In this document: positions 9,602 to 20,018 of the stretch, one piece after another | Layout: each line of letters begins with the position of its first letter | Numbering within the stretch: position 1 is the first letter of the stretch | Assembly (NCBI GenBank): GCA_963807605.1 | Contig: CAWECG010000004.1 | Coordinates: 32,001-96,000 of the forward strand | Source of the DNA: Candidatus Bathyarchaeota archaeon | GTDB lineage: Archaea > Thermoproteota > Bathyarchaeia > 40CM-2-53-6 > RBG-13-38-9 | Direction of reading: 5' to 3' | DNA length: 64,000 bases | The notes under the pieces: model-generated | Told to the model about the DNA's origin: nothing | What the model saw: only the letters and a program-made list of their open reading frames with translations | Databases searched by the model: none | Made by a program: the position numbers and the translations under genes

Positions 9602-10727
9602 TAGCCTCTTGCAATATTCTTGGGCTTAACATGAAGATGTATACGTGTTTTTGATCATAAGATCGATGAGCTTTACACCCACTCATGCCGTTTCTGGTGA
9701 AAAAGAAGTGAGCGAGTGTAAGGCTCTGTATGATCTGTTTCAGGCTTTGGATTTAACGTTTGTAGAACAAGTCTTAGAAAGAAGCTATGGAAGAAGAAGC
9801 AGCGTCGGCAGACCCCATAGAAATTTACTTGGAATGTTCAAAGCAGAGCTTGTCAAACGGCTAAGACACATAGAAAGCTACGAGGAACTATACCGACTTC
9901 TATGGAGCGACGGTGAACTCTGCAAACTCTGCGACATCAAGGAATCAGAGAATCCATATCACCCATCAATACTTCTGAGGTTTCGACGTAGAATAGGCCC
10001 TCAAGGATTTCACCGCCTCATGAACCGTCTGATCAAACAGCTTGACCACATGGACATTCTGGACTCTGAAATCCTAGCGTTAGACGTCACATTCATCAAA
10101 GCTTACAGTCGAAGAGATCCTCACAATACCCAGTGTGGATTATCCGATTCTGAAGCCAGATTACGAAAACAAGGTAGAAACGTGATCTTAGGCTACGGCA
10201 TACACCTTGCTGTAGACACCATCAGCGAGATGCCGCGGGCAGTCACCATAGAACCTGCAAATGTAAATGAGAAAAAAGTTGCACCCCACCTCCTCCATAA
10301 AGCATTGAAGAAGAAACATAGGTGGAAGAGCATGACTGCAGACTCACAATACTCCAGCGAAGCTTTCAGAGACAAGGCAAGATCTATGGGCATAGAACCA
10401 ATCATACCTTACCCTAGAAACCAGATGAAGGGCAAACAGGTTCTACGAATCGACCGGAAGTTCCGCTCACACGGACCTGCCCGTCTGAAACAACTGTATA
10501 AACGTCGATCCTCAGTGGAGAGAACATTCTCAAGACTCAAGACACACTTCGGATTGTCTCAGCTTCGAACACGCGGCCTAAGAAACGTCATATCACATGT
10601 ACTTCTCTGTCTGCTGGCTCTACTGGCAACTGCCTTATCCGCGATCAAGCACGGACACATCGATAAAATGCGGTCACCAATCCAGTTCACAAAATTAACA
10701 CAGAAAATATAATATTGCAAGAAGCTC
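9602..10727 (+). mobile_element. Insertion sequence (IS4/IS5/IS1182-like DDE), 1126 bp
   Basis: TIRs TAGCCTCTTGCAATATT (9602-9618) / AATATTGCAAGAAGCTC (10711-10727); 4-bp TSD GCGC. Confidence 0.85.
9645..10712 (+). CDS. DDE transposase
   Basis: LALDVT (D), TADSQY (D), YKRRSSVERTFSRLK (E); N-terminal GRP...LRFRRR domain. Confidence 0.92.
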   Translation: MFLIIRSMSFTPTHAVSGEKEVSECKALYDLFQALDLTFVEQVLERSYGRRSSVGRPHRNLLGMFKAELVKRLRHIESYEELYRLLWSDGELCKLCDIKESENPYHPSILLRFRRRIGPQGFHRLMNRLIKQLDHMDILDSEILALDVTFIKAYSRRDPHNTQCGLSDSEARLRKQGRNVILGYGIHLAVDTISEMPRAVTIEPANVNEKKVAPHLLHKALKKKHRWKSMTADSQYSSEAFRDKARSMGIEPIIPYPRNQMKGKQVLRIDRKFRSHGPARLKQLYKRRSSVERTFSRLKTHFGLSQLRTRGLRNVISHVLLCLLALLATALSAIKHGHIDKMRSPIQFTKLTQKI

Positions 10728-10916
10728 GCGCGTTATGTCTTGGCGGAGCTTCGCCTCAGACAGGGGTCTGCCATAGTGCTGGTGATATTTGGCCAAGATA
10801 GTCTATCGATCGACCCCTTCACCGTCCGACAGGAGCGGCTTAAGGATGTACTCAAGGCGCGCTGGAATATATGCGCTAGGGGACGCTGAATGATAACTGA
10901 AGAATTCTGAAATAGG

Positions 10917-11300
10917 TCAAGCTACAATGAGCTTTACGTATTCTATCCTATCGTTTTTTTGGAATATACCTTTTAACTCTCTTATTCTGCCTGCCTCACC
11001 ATCGAGTACGAATAGTTCCAGACATTTCCCTTCCTTGAACCGGTTATGTAGTTGAGTATAAATTATGTCTAAGAAATCATGCTTCACATTTGTGACTAGG
11101 TCTTCGGCATCATGTTCGTGAATTAACAGAAGCACTCCGCGCACCCTATCTGTTGGCTCCTCCTTCTCCTTGTTTTCAGCTAGCAGGATTCTTAGTCCTG
11201 CTCTGATGACTTCTGATCTGCCTGAGAATCCCATTTCTCTACGAACTCTGTCGACTTCCTTAAGCATTGCATCGTTCAGAGATATGGTCACTATAGCCAT
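10917..11300 (-). CDS. NikR-family (RHH plus metal-binding domain) regulator
   Basis: IVTISL...GFSGRSEVIRAGLR RHH; HEH, H..QLH...CLELF. Confidence 0.88.
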   Translation of the reverse strand: MAIVTISLNDAMLKEVDRVRREMGFSGRSEVIRAGLRILLAENKEKEEPTDRVRGVLLLIHEHDAEDLVTNVKHDFLDIIYTQLHNRFKEGKCLELFVLDGEAGRIRELKGIFQKNDRIEYVKLIVA

Positions 11301-11355
11301 GATTTCACAACACGTATGGACATTAATAACATACATATAAGTAAGGTGCAGTTTA

Positions 11356-11384
11356 ATATTAAGATTGTAGCTCAAAGTTAATAT
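11356..11384. promoter_or_regulatory. Candidate NikR-type operator ATATTAA-N15-TTAATAT
   Basis: Perfect inverted half-sites with 15-bp spacer between the divergent regulator and ABC operon. Confidence 0.5.
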
Positions 11385-11474
11385 GAATCCTGGCGCATAT
11401 CCTTCTCAGTGAATTGAGTTGGCATATCTTCGTCTGCCAAGGTCAGTCAAGCTCTCACTTGCGAGGAAAAGATC

Positions 11475-12383
11475 TTGAGGCGCCTCGCGAAATCGCTTGT
11501 TGTAACCGGAACAGCCATTGTTGTGATTCTTGCTCTAATATCAAATGTCAGCATTAGAACCCCCGCTGAAAATGGGGTAACGATAACAGCGACATTCTTC
11601 CCGATTTACGACTGGGCACGAAATGTTGCTGGCGACAAAGCTACTGTAAGAAACCTGACGCCGTCAGGAATGGATCCACATGACCTAGATCCAAAACCTG
11701 AAGATCTAGCAGTCATAATTGCATCTACCGTCTTTGTTCACAGCGGAAGCGCGGGCATGGAACCATGGCTTTCCAAAGTACTCCCGATGATAAATCAAAC
11801 CAAAACAACCGTTGTCGATGTTAGCCTTGGAGTGGATCTCCTTTACGGCCAGGGTGGAGTTGCTGACCCACACTTTTGGTTAGATCCAAGTGGAGCCGTG
11901 ACCGGAGTACAGAACATCGAGCTCGGGCTAGAGAAGGCGGATCCGACAAATGCAGTGTACTACAGGCAGAATGCTCAAACCTACATAACGCGTTTAGAGG
12001 CTTTGCATGAAGCCTTTGTCGCGAATATAACGACTGCGAGAATACGCACCATCTTAACATTTCATGAGTCATTCGACTACTGGAAGAGAGCTTACAACTT
12101 GACCGAGGCCACAATATACGGATACGAGCCTGAAGGTGAGCCAAGTGCAGCACACATGCAGGAGCTTGTTAGACTGGCCGGCACGTACAAGATCACGACA
12201 GTCCTGGCGAGCAACTTGGATGATCCACGGTGGTGTCAAGTATTAGCAGATCAGATTGGTGGTAAGGTCCTCATTCTGGATCCATTGGAAGGCCCAACCG
12301 CAGAACAGGCGAAAATGGGAAATTACACATACATAGACCGTCTGTATTACGACTTAGGAGTGCTGAGAACAGCTCTGGCCTAG
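11475..12383 (+). CDS. znuA: Zn/Mn ABC transporter substrate-binding protein
   Basis: DPHD, DPHFWLDP, TFHESFDY, EPSAAH, LDPLEG. Confidence 0.9.
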   Translation: MRRLAKSLVVTGTAIVVILALISNVSIRTPAENGVTITATFFPIYDWARNVAGDKATVRNLTPSGMDPHDLDPKPEDLAVIIASTVFVHSGSAGMEPWLSKVLPMINQTKTTVVDVSLGVDLLYGQGGVADPHFWLDPSGAVTGVQNIELGLEKADPTNAVYYRQNAQTYITRLEALHEAFVANITTARIRTILTFHESFDYWKRAYNLTEATIYGYEPEGEPSAAHMQELVRLAGTYKITTVLASNLDDPRWCQVLADQIGGKVLILDPLEGPTAEQAKMGNYTYIDRLYYDLGVLRTALA

Positions 12384-12403
12384 CAAGGCTAGAGATTCAA
12401 GCC

Positions 12404-13153
12404 GTGACTCGAATGGAACCGATTGTCGAAACAAGAAATCTATCTGTCAACTTGGGCGGTGCAACCGTTCTCGATAATATCTCCTTGGAAGTTGTCAAAG
12501 GCGACTTCATTGCTTTGATGGGACCGAATGGGGCGGGAAAGACCACTCTGATTAGAACGATTCTTGGGCTCATACCCTCTTTCAGTGGGAGAGTCCTGCT
12601 ATTTGGAAAGGACATCAAGCAATTCAAGGAGCACTATAAAATAGGGTATGTCGCACAAGGAGTCTATTTTGAGAAAAGCTTTCCAATCAACGTATCCGAG
12701 ATTGTATCTCTCGGCTTGGTCGCGAGGGTTGGGCTATTGCATCGACTTGGCGAGAGGGAGAGACTAAGTGTCGAGAGAATAACTAAGAAGATGGGCCTAG
12801 ACGGCCTTGAAACAAAACGCGCAACCGAACTTTCTGGGGGGCAACAACAGCGCGTCCTTATCGCCAGGGCTTTGGTTGGCCAACCCGACCTTCTCATCCT
12901 TGATGAGCCAACGGCGAGCACCGACGTAGCGTTCAGGGAGAGATTCTGGGAAACGATTGGAAAACTGAATACAGAGGAGAGTATAACGATAATCATTGTG
13001 ACCCATCAGTCTGACATAACCCCGCCGCTAAACGCAAAAATTGCGATATTGAATAAGAAGCTGATTCATTTCTGTGGGTGGGAGGAATGTAAGAATTCAA
13101 CTGTGTGTTCTGCACTAGCCGGTATCCATGCCGAAGGTCACTCGAGAGGTTAG
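12404..13153 (+). CDS. znuC: Metal ABC transporter ATP-binding protein
   Basis: GPNGAGKT, LSGGQQQR, LDEP. Confidence 0.92.
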   Translation: MTRMEPIVETRNLSVNLGGATVLDNISLEVVKGDFIALMGPNGAGKTTLIRTILGLIPSFSGRVLLFGKDIKQFKEHYKIGYVAQGVYFEKSFPINVSEIVSLGLVARVGLLHRLGERERLSVERITKKMGLDGLETKRATELSGGQQQRVLIARALVGQPDLLILDEPTASTDVAFRERFWETIGKLNTEESITIIIVTHQSDITPPLNAKIAILNKKLIHFCGWEECKNSTVCSALAGIHAEGHSRG

Positions 13154-13156
13154 GAA

Positions 13157-13996
13157 TTGGAACTCGGACTACTAGGGTCCATATTTGTTCAAAGAGCCCT
13201 GATTGCCGGTGTTATGTCCGCAATCATCGCCGGAACAATTGGAGCATTCCTAGTCCAACGCAGGCTATCCCTTTTAGCAGACAGTCTATCTCACACGTCA
13301 TTCGGAGGAATAGCACTTGGCCTTTACTTGGGAGTCAACCCCCTAATCTCAGCTCTTGCCGTGTCACTTCTTGGAGCGGCTACACTTAGCGAACTGCGAC
13401 GTCGAACTACCATGTCAGGAGACGCTATGACGGCTGTAATCTTCTCCTCAGGCCTCGCGTTGGGCGTAATAATTGTGAGTTTAGGCAAGGGATTTACCGT
13501 GAATGTCTTCGGTTTTCTCTTTGGCAGCATTCTTCTTATCGGTTGGGAAGACCTGATGATAACGACCGTAATACTGCTTACCGTCCTAGTGGTAATCATC
13601 CTCTACTACAAGGAACTGGTGTACATGATCTTTGACGAGGACAGTGCTCGAGCCAGCGGTGTGCCGGTAGCAGCCCTCGATTACCTGTTGATTGGATTGG
13701 CCTCAGCAGCTGTTGTGGGTTCGATTAGAGCTGTGGGGGTGCTGCTTATTTCAGCTCTTATCGTCATGCCAAACTTGGCAGCCGCTGCAATAGCCCACAG
13801 CTTTAAAGAGTCGATCTTCATTGCTCAAGCATTTGCCATAATCTCCGTCTTGGCAGGGATACTGGTATCATTCTATCTGGATTTAGCAGGCGGAGCTACC
13901 ATAGCTTTGGCAGCGATCCTAATCTTTGCGGGAACGGTCACAATCAAACAAGGCTGGACTCGATTCTATTCGTTCAAGCCGAAGAACGAAACATGA
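13157..13996 (+). CDS. znuB: Metal ABC transporter permease
   Basis: LADSLSHTSFGGIA, FLFGSIL, VGVLLISAL. Confidence 0.92.
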   Translation: MELGLLGSIFVQRALIAGVMSAIIAGTIGAFLVQRRLSLLADSLSHTSFGGIALGLYLGVNPLISALAVSLLGAATLSELRRRTTMSGDAMTAVIFSSGLALGVIIVSLGKGFTVNVFGFLFGSILLIGWEDLMITTVILLTVLVVIILYYKELVYMIFDEDSARASGVPVAALDYLLIGLASAAVVGSIRAVGVLLISALIVMPNLAAAAIAHSFKESIFIAQAFAIISVLAGILVSFYLDLAGGATIALAAILIFAGTVTIKQGWTRFYSFKPKNET

Positions 13997-14307
13997 AGCA
14001 GAAGCGACACGCGCGTAATTTCAAACGCAAAACACTGCGAGCCCCTAGGCCCGCCACTATAGAAGCACGCATTGGCCCTGTTAGCGAGCGCTTGATGCTA
14101 CAACTGCTTTAAATAGAATTCCAACTTGGACAAGGTCTGGTCCCTCCGTCAGAAATGCACCAATTATCACGTGTTCAGGTCGTGGGCTCCAGCTCGCGTG
14201 GTGACAAGCTGCTATGGGAGCTTAGCAACGACGGGACTGAGAGAAGCCCTTGCATCTTATCGGGTTGATCCCCGACATAACTTTGGCAACAAACATATTA
14301 GTTCTCA

Positions 14308-14769
14308 GTGACGGAATGTTCGGAGTGGAAGAAGATGATAGATGGTATGATTCTGGAGCATGTCGGCATAGTGGTTAAGGATCGTGACGCATCTGTTGAC
14401 TTCTACACTAAGGTAATGGGTTTCACGATCCTTCGAAAGTATGAGACAGATGAAATGCGTGTAGCGTATCTCTATTTGGGTGACGAGCTCCTAGAACTCA
14501 ATGAGTATCACGCGAAGGACAAACCTCTGGGGTTGTCGCATCTGGGTCTTAGGGTAGACGACATGGACAAAGCTATGGCTGAGCTCAAACAGCATGGCGC
14601 AGAGTACATCAGTGGCCCAATAAAATTCCAGCCGAAGATATATGCCACCGCAAATGTGACTAGTGAGAAGCTGCTGAGAGCACTTAGACCCCCAGACGAA
14701 AAGCCTTACTGGAGAATATCGATGTTTCGTGATCCGAATGGGGTGATCCTTGAGTTGTTGGAGCGCTAG
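14308..14769 (+). CDS. VOC/glyoxalase family protein (true start probably slightly downstream)
   Basis: EHVGIVV, LEL, HLGLRVDD, FRDPNGVILELLE. Confidence 0.88.
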   Translation: MTECSEWKKMIDGMILEHVGIVVKDRDASVDFYTKVMGFTILRKYETDEMRVAYLYLGDELLELNEYHAKDKPLGLSHLGLRVDDMDKAMAELKQHGAEYISGPIKFQPKIYATANVTSEKLLRALRPPDEKPYWRISMFRDPNGVILELLER

Positions 14770-15063
14770 GAAAGAGCCTCCCCTATGCACTATCGTTTCT
14801 TATTGATGAAGCGAACCTGCAGTATCGGATCGTGGCCGCTGTCCTTATAAAGAGGAATCCTGCATATACGCAGCAAAGGTCATTCGGTGGCGTTTTCGCT
14901 AACAAGAATGAACCATTGAAGACTAAACGAGCTCTCACGCAGCATTTCCCGCAGAAACGTCATAGTGCAAAACTGAATTATTCGATCGGTTTGGTTGGTC
15001 GCATTTTCGGGCTAGCACAAGAGACTTGCGGCTTTTGTTGCCGAGCCAAAGTGAAAAGTACAG

Positions 15064-16170
15064 ATGAGTAGTTTCGAAGACATGGGCTTGAGCCCAGAGA
15101 TCGTAGATGCACTTGACGATCTAGGATTCAAGAAGCCGTTTCCAATCCAAGAGAAAGTAATTCCGATTCTTTGGAGTGGAAGCGATGTAATTGGGCAAGC
15201 GCGTACAGGTACCGGTAAGACCGCGGCTTATGGTCTGCCTCTCTTAGAGATTATCGATGAGACCCAGCATGCTGTCCAAGCGTTGATAGTCGTCCCAACA
15301 CGTGAACTTGCAGTTCAAGTAACACAGGACATAAACTCCTATGCGAAGAAGACCAACAAACGTGCTCTGGCATTGTATGGAGGCGTATCCATCTACGCTC
15401 AGCTAGACGGGCTGAGGGATAATCCGCAGATCATCGTCGGAACGCCTGGCAGACTCCTAGATCATCTAGAGCGCGGTTCGCTTAAGTTAGATCACCTCTC
15501 ATGCGTGGTTTTGGACGAAGCCGATAGAATGCTTGATATGGGCTTTATCGAGGATGTCGAACTGATCCTGCACGCCATTAAGGGAAGACATCAAACCGCC
15601 CTCTTTTCAGCAACCATCCCAGAGAGCGTGCTTAAACTCGCTCGGAGGTATATGAAGAATCCTCGCGAGATTCTGACCGAGTCCGAGGATCTCAACGTCA
15701 AGGAAATCGACCAGTACTTCCTCGCCACAGACTCGAAGAAGAAGATGGAATCGCTTCTGAAACTCCTACGCTCCAAGAATATAGGTCGAGCAATAATCTT
15801 CTGTCGCACCAAGCAAGATACTTTCTGGTTAGACCGAGTGTTACATTCTAGGGGTCTGCCATCAGTAGCCATAAATGGCGACCTCTCCCAAGATCAACGT
15901 GACTGGGCCATGGACGCCTTCGAGAATGGACGACGACCCATACTGGTAGCGACGGACTTAGCGGGTAGAGGTCTGGATATCGAAGGGATAACTCACATCA
16001 TAAACTTTGATGTACCAGATGACCCTTACACTTACTTCCACAGAATTGGTAGGACTGGAAGAGCGGGGAAGAAAGGAATCGCGATAACCTTAGTCCCTCC
16101 TGAACAACGCTCCAGTTTTGAGAGTATACGAAAATTGGGTGGCGACGCAATCAAGCCGCTCAGTTGGTAA
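15064..16170 (+). CDS. DEAD-box RNA helicase
   Basis: Q motif, GTGKT, PTRELA, DEAD, SAT, HRIGRTGR. Confidence 0.96.
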   Translation: MSSFEDMGLSPEIVDALDDLGFKKPFPIQEKVIPILWSGSDVIGQARTGTGKTAAYGLPLLEIIDETQHAVQALIVVPTRELAVQVTQDINSYAKKTNKRALALYGGVSIYAQLDGLRDNPQIIVGTPGRLLDHLERGSLKLDHLSCVVLDEADRMLDMGFIEDVELILHAIKGRHQTALFSATIPESVLKLARRYMKNPREILTESEDLNVKEIDQYFLATDSKKKMESLLKLLRSKNIGRAIIFCRTKQDTFWLDRVLHSRGLPSVAINGDLSQDQRDWAMDAFENGRRPILVATDLAGRGLDIEGITHIINFDVPDDPYTYFHRIGRTGRAGKKGIAITLVPPEQRSSFESIRKLGGDAIKPLSW

Positions 16171-16177
16171 GACGAGA

Positions 16178-16456
16178 TTGAGAATAAGTGACATCAATGT
16201 TGGAATGAGAAAAGTAAACCTCCAAGGGAAGATTATGGATATGAATGGTTTCATGATAGTTCTGGATGATGGGTCTGGCCGAACCTTTGTAAGATACCGA
16301 GCAAAGGACGTTGATGGAGAAATACAGACTGGTGATCGGATTCAAGTCCAGAACTGTCGGGTTGTCAATTACTCTGGAATTCTGCAAGTCCGACTGGAAC
16401 GCGACGGACGGATAGTTAACCTGTCAAAATCTCCAGCCAAGTTACGCATTTCCTGA
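16178..16456 (+). CDS. Single OB-fold ssDNA/RNA-binding protein (RPA/SSB-like)
   Basis: ISDINVGMRKVNLQGKI...DDGSG...GDRIQVQN...YSG..Q. Confidence 0.7.
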   Translation: MRISDINVGMRKVNLQGKIMDMNGFMIVLDDGSGRTFVRYRAKDVDGEIQTGDRIQVQNCRVVNYSGILQVRLERDGRIVNLSKSPAKLRIS

Positions 16457-16538
16457 GATCTTTCTTACCGCCGTGTTCAAACCATCCTTCTATCTTCGAG
16501 ACCTAAAGGTCTCATATCTGTTCGTCCTAGTCGGTTAC

Positions 16539-16940
16539 TCAAGATTTGACGGTTGGCATTCTTTGGGCATCCAGTTTTCGAATGAGTTTGATGACTTGGA
16601 ATGAAATGCGCGGCGTGATTTGGAACTTATCTTGATGTGGACAATAAGCATCCAAAACCACCTTCGCTTCGTCTAAATCGAAAACGAATGGGTACAGTCG
16701 ACAACCTTCAGGCCGATCCTTGTAAATAGTGCATCGACGACCATCATGAAAAACACATCTGCCCATCGAATTCTTTAGCAGCCACACCCCGCTCCTCTTG
16801 GTGATGAAGAAATCCCTGAAACCCAGTCCTCCTATTCGCAAGATGTCTGAATCACAGAGCGGCATCTCGGTGTTCAAGCAGCATCTGATGCACTCGTAAT
16901 CTGTACAACAGTTCGCCACCTTGTTTATCACCGGACTCAT
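16539..16940 (-). CDS. YkgJ-family cysteine-cluster protein
   Basis: CIRCC, CVF, CTIYKDRPEGCRLYPF. Confidence 0.88.
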   Translation of the reverse strand: MSPVINKVANCCTDYECIRCCLNTEMPLCDSDILRIGGLGFRDFFITKRSGVWLLKNSMGRCVFHDGRRCTIYKDRPEGCRLYPFVFDLDEAKVVLDAYCPHQDKFQITPRISFQVIKLIRKLDAQRMPTVKS

Positions 16941-17138
16941 CCTAGCCGTTTTGATAGGATTGCGCTAATTTCGTCTTGGAGCTCTGCTGGGCATCTCTTC
17001 GTTAACGTGGTACTCTTTAATCTATGTTCTCAGTATGACGCTTGACTTGGGCATGCTCTAGTGGGCGCATTTACTTGCCGAGTTAGTAGACGTGAAATCC
17101 AAGAGAAGGAGACTCTCAAGAAGAATTAGGCTAGCTCT

Positions 17139-18113
17139 TCATAGCTTCGCGGACGAATCACCAGAATTAAGGCTGACGTTAAGCTTTTGAAGAAAAGGTA
17201 TCACGTCCCATCTTGCATCCTTTCCAGTCACATCGATCCAGACTTTTCTTTCAAGGATTTTTTCCAGTTCGATCTCAGCATAGAGTATCTCATCCCTATT
17301 GTAAGACGGTCCTGCAAGGTAGTTTCCCGTAGGATCTATGATTCCGCTTCCACCGTAGAAATCCCAGTTCGCGTCGGTGTCATCAGAAGAGTCCGGTTTA
17401 CCGCTCAGGTACTGAGAGGAGGCAAGAACATAACATTGACATTCGATAGCATACTGCCGAATCGAAGTGTCCATCATATATCTCGGAAGCAGACTCCAAC
17501 CAGGATAACATGCAACATGGATCTCCTCGCGTTGGATCATCATGACTGATTTTAGCACAGGATTCAGATGTTCGGCGCATATCAAGCCGCCAACCCTTCC
17601 GAAAGGTGTGCTAAAGACACACTGCAAGTCCTCTGGTGAACCGCTTGTCCAGAAGACCTTCTCGCGATAAACTGGTGTAAGTTTCCGGTGCTTGCCTATC
17701 AGCTTCCCCTCAGAGCTGATGAATACCAGTGAATTATAAATCGAATTCACATTGCTGTGATCTCTCTCGTTAACCCCCAAACAGACCATCGATTCCACAG
17801 ACTTGGCAACTTGACAGAGTTGGGTGATTTCAGGTCCGGGAACAACTATGGATTCTCTAACAAATTCCAGCCATTTCCTGTTCCACGCAACGGGTGGTCT
17901 GGCCTCAATTGCCCAGTTCGGATATCCAGGAACAAATGTCTCCGGAAAGACTATTACCTTGGCGCCTCTTGCGCTGGCATCCTCGATGAGTTGACAAACC
18001 TTCTCCAGAGACGCCTTTTTGTTTTGAGGATAGTGAGGGGCTGTTTGGACCACAGCCACTTTGTATTTCTTCTTTTCCATGAGAATGAAACCTTTGATTC
18101 TGTAAGCTTTCAT
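17139..18113 (-). CDS. Nitrilase (carbon-nitrogen hydrolase)
   Basis: FPETFVPGYP (E), HRKLTP (K), GLICAEH (C). Confidence 0.93.
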   Translation of the reverse strand: MKAYRIKGFILMEKKKYKVAVVQTAPHYPQNKKASLEKVCQLIEDASARGAKVIVFPETFVPGYPNWAIEARPPVAWNRKWLEFVRESIVVPGPEITQLCQVAKSVESMVCLGVNERDHSNVNSIYNSLVFISSEGKLIGKHRKLTPVYREKVFWTSGSPEDLQCVFSTPFGRVGGLICAEHLNPVLKSVMMIQREEIHVACYPGWSLLPRYMMDTSIRQYAIECQCYVLASSQYLSGKPDSSDDTDANWDFYGGSGIIDPTGNYLAGPSYNRDEILYAEIELEKILERKVWIDVTGKDARWDVIPFLQKLNVSLNSGDSSAKL

Positions 18114-18305
18114 GCGACTTATCTTTTTCTCTCGCGAGGAAAGTTACTGGTCGCTGGCTGCCGTGTTCCAGTGAATGCGTCGGGAAAATCCTCGAAGGGT
18201 TTGGAATATGCCGGAGTGTAATTCGAGGAATAATGCTTGCTCAAGAAAGGTTCTTGGGTAGGAACAAGGGTACAGGTTCCTCTGAACCATCAATTTCCAG
18301 GGGAT

Positions 18306-19433
18306 ATGATCCAATTGGATTACAGTGAGCGAGTCTCAAAGGCAAAAGAACTAATGGGCACTGAGAGGCTTGATGCCTTAATCCTCTCCCGGCCCAACGA
18401 GTCTCGGAGCCTTTACTACCTCACAGGTGTAGACAGATTCTGCGCCCACCTGATACTCCCTAGGGAGGGAGGCAATACGCTGCTTATTCTTGACCAGGAT
18501 TTTTTGGACGCCGAGAAGATAGCCTACGCAGATGAGATTCAAACATTCACTTCCGCAAAATCACAATTTGAGGCGATTGCCGAAGTACTCAAAGAAAGCG
18601 GACTGAAGGAAGGCGCAGTCGGTGTCGAGAAACCCTTCCTTAACCAGAGCTTCTATGAGTCGCTCAGAGCGGTACTTCCATCAACCTTTCAGATCAAAGA
18701 TGCGACAAAGGTAACCGGTCAACTCAGGCTCATTAAGACTGAGGATGAAATTGCGCGAATTAGGAAGGCTTCGGCCATTGCCGCCAGGACTCTTGAGGTC
18801 GCAAGGCAAGCGGTCAAGCCGGGAGTGACGGAGAATGAGATAGCGGCAACTGTCGAGTATGAATTGAGGAGAGGCGGTGCAGAGACTACTGGAATGTCAA
18901 CGTTTATCTCTTCCGGACCAAGGACCAAAGCTGCTCACCCACCAGCCTCTAGCCGGAAGCTCCAGAACGGTGAGGTAGTCTTCATCGATCTTCACCCAAG
19001 AGTCCAAGGCTACTGCAGCGACCTTGCAACATCCTTCATGACGGGACCAACAGACGCCGAGACAACCAGACAATTCAAGCAGGTTCTTGAATCCAGAGAT
19101 GCCGCAATTCAGGTGGTAAAGGTCGGCGACAGATTCTCTTCGATTCATCTTGATTACTTCAAAAGGCTGACCAGCTATGGAATCGTCATCCCGACTATTC
19201 CATTCTTCAACAATCTTCACGGCGTCGGCGTCGCAGCCAACGACCCGCCTTCATTCTGGCATCCCATCGATGCACATATCACGCTTGGAATGGTCTTCGC
19301 CTTGGCCCAATCACCAGTTCAACCCAAAACGCCTGAAGGGATTGGAATAAGATTCGAGGACACTTACCTTGTTACAGAATCAGGGATCGAGCGACTAACC
19401 TCATTTGAGCACGGAACTAATTTGTCCCGGTGA
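18306..19433 (+). CDS. M24 Xaa-Pro peptidase-family protein
   Basis: Creatinase-like N domain, RLIKTEDEI, IDL..GYCSDL, HGVG, GIRFEDTYLVT. Confidence 0.88.
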   Translation: MIQLDYSERVSKAKELMGTERLDALILSRPNESRSLYYLTGVDRFCAHLILPREGGNTLLILDQDFLDAEKIAYADEIQTFTSAKSQFEAIAEVLKESGLKEGAVGVEKPFLNQSFYESLRAVLPSTFQIKDATKVTGQLRLIKTEDEIARIRKASAIAARTLEVARQAVKPGVTENEIAATVEYELRRGGAETTGMSTFISSGPRTKAAHPPASSRKLQNGEVVFIDLHPRVQGYCSDLATSFMTGPTDAETTRQFKQVLESRDAAIQVVKVGDRFSSIHLDYFKRLTSYGIVIPTIPFFNNLHGVGVAANDPPSFWHPIDAHITLGMVFALAQSPVQPKTPEGIGIRFEDTYLVTESGIERLTSFEHGTNLSR

Positions 19434-19514
19434 AGAAGGTCAAGGGTTACGCGTACGTTTCCAACACGTTTTTATTGGAATATGCTATAACATCGTTATA
19501 GCCGAGTGTCATAG

Positions 19515-19847
19515 TTGAGACCTCCATGCGAAGAGATAGTTCAACAATTTCTCCCAGCGTTCCGGTCTCTTGTGGCAAAGGAACTTATCGAGAGGCACAA
19601 CTTCTCACAGGTTGAGGTGGCGAAGAGATTGGGAACCACTCAAGCTGCAATAAGTCAGTACCTCGGCTCAAAAAGAGGCTTTAAGGATACAACCAAACTC
19701 AGGTCGACATCCAAAGTGAGAATGGCCGCAAGCCAGGTTGCCAAAGACCTAGCAGAGAATAAACTAACCGATTTTGACGTGATTATGACTTTCTGTAAAC
19801 TTTGCATTGCTCTTCGCGACAACCAAGACCTGTGCCGAATCACCTAG
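19515..19847 (+). CDS. HTH transcriptional regulator
   Basis: MRPPCE...PAFRSLVAKEL...SQVEVAKRLGTTQAAISQYLGSKRG. Confidence 0.85.
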   Translation: MRPPCEEIVQQFLPAFRSLVAKELIERHNFSQVEVAKRLGTTQAAISQYLGSKRGFKDTTKLRSTSKVRMAASQVAKDLAENKLTDFDVIMTFCKLCIALRDNQDLCRIT

Positions 19848-20018
19848 TTTTAGTCTTATCGCGAACATTCAATCGGTCAACGGTCTGATTAGATCCTCAC
19901 GCGAGCTTGCAGGCGTTCTATGAAACCCTTCGGGTCCCATGGAAATTCTATTCTTAGCTCACGGAATCGGGAAACAAAGAAATCAGGTAGACGATCGAAC
20001 CCTCACGCATAACGTTTT

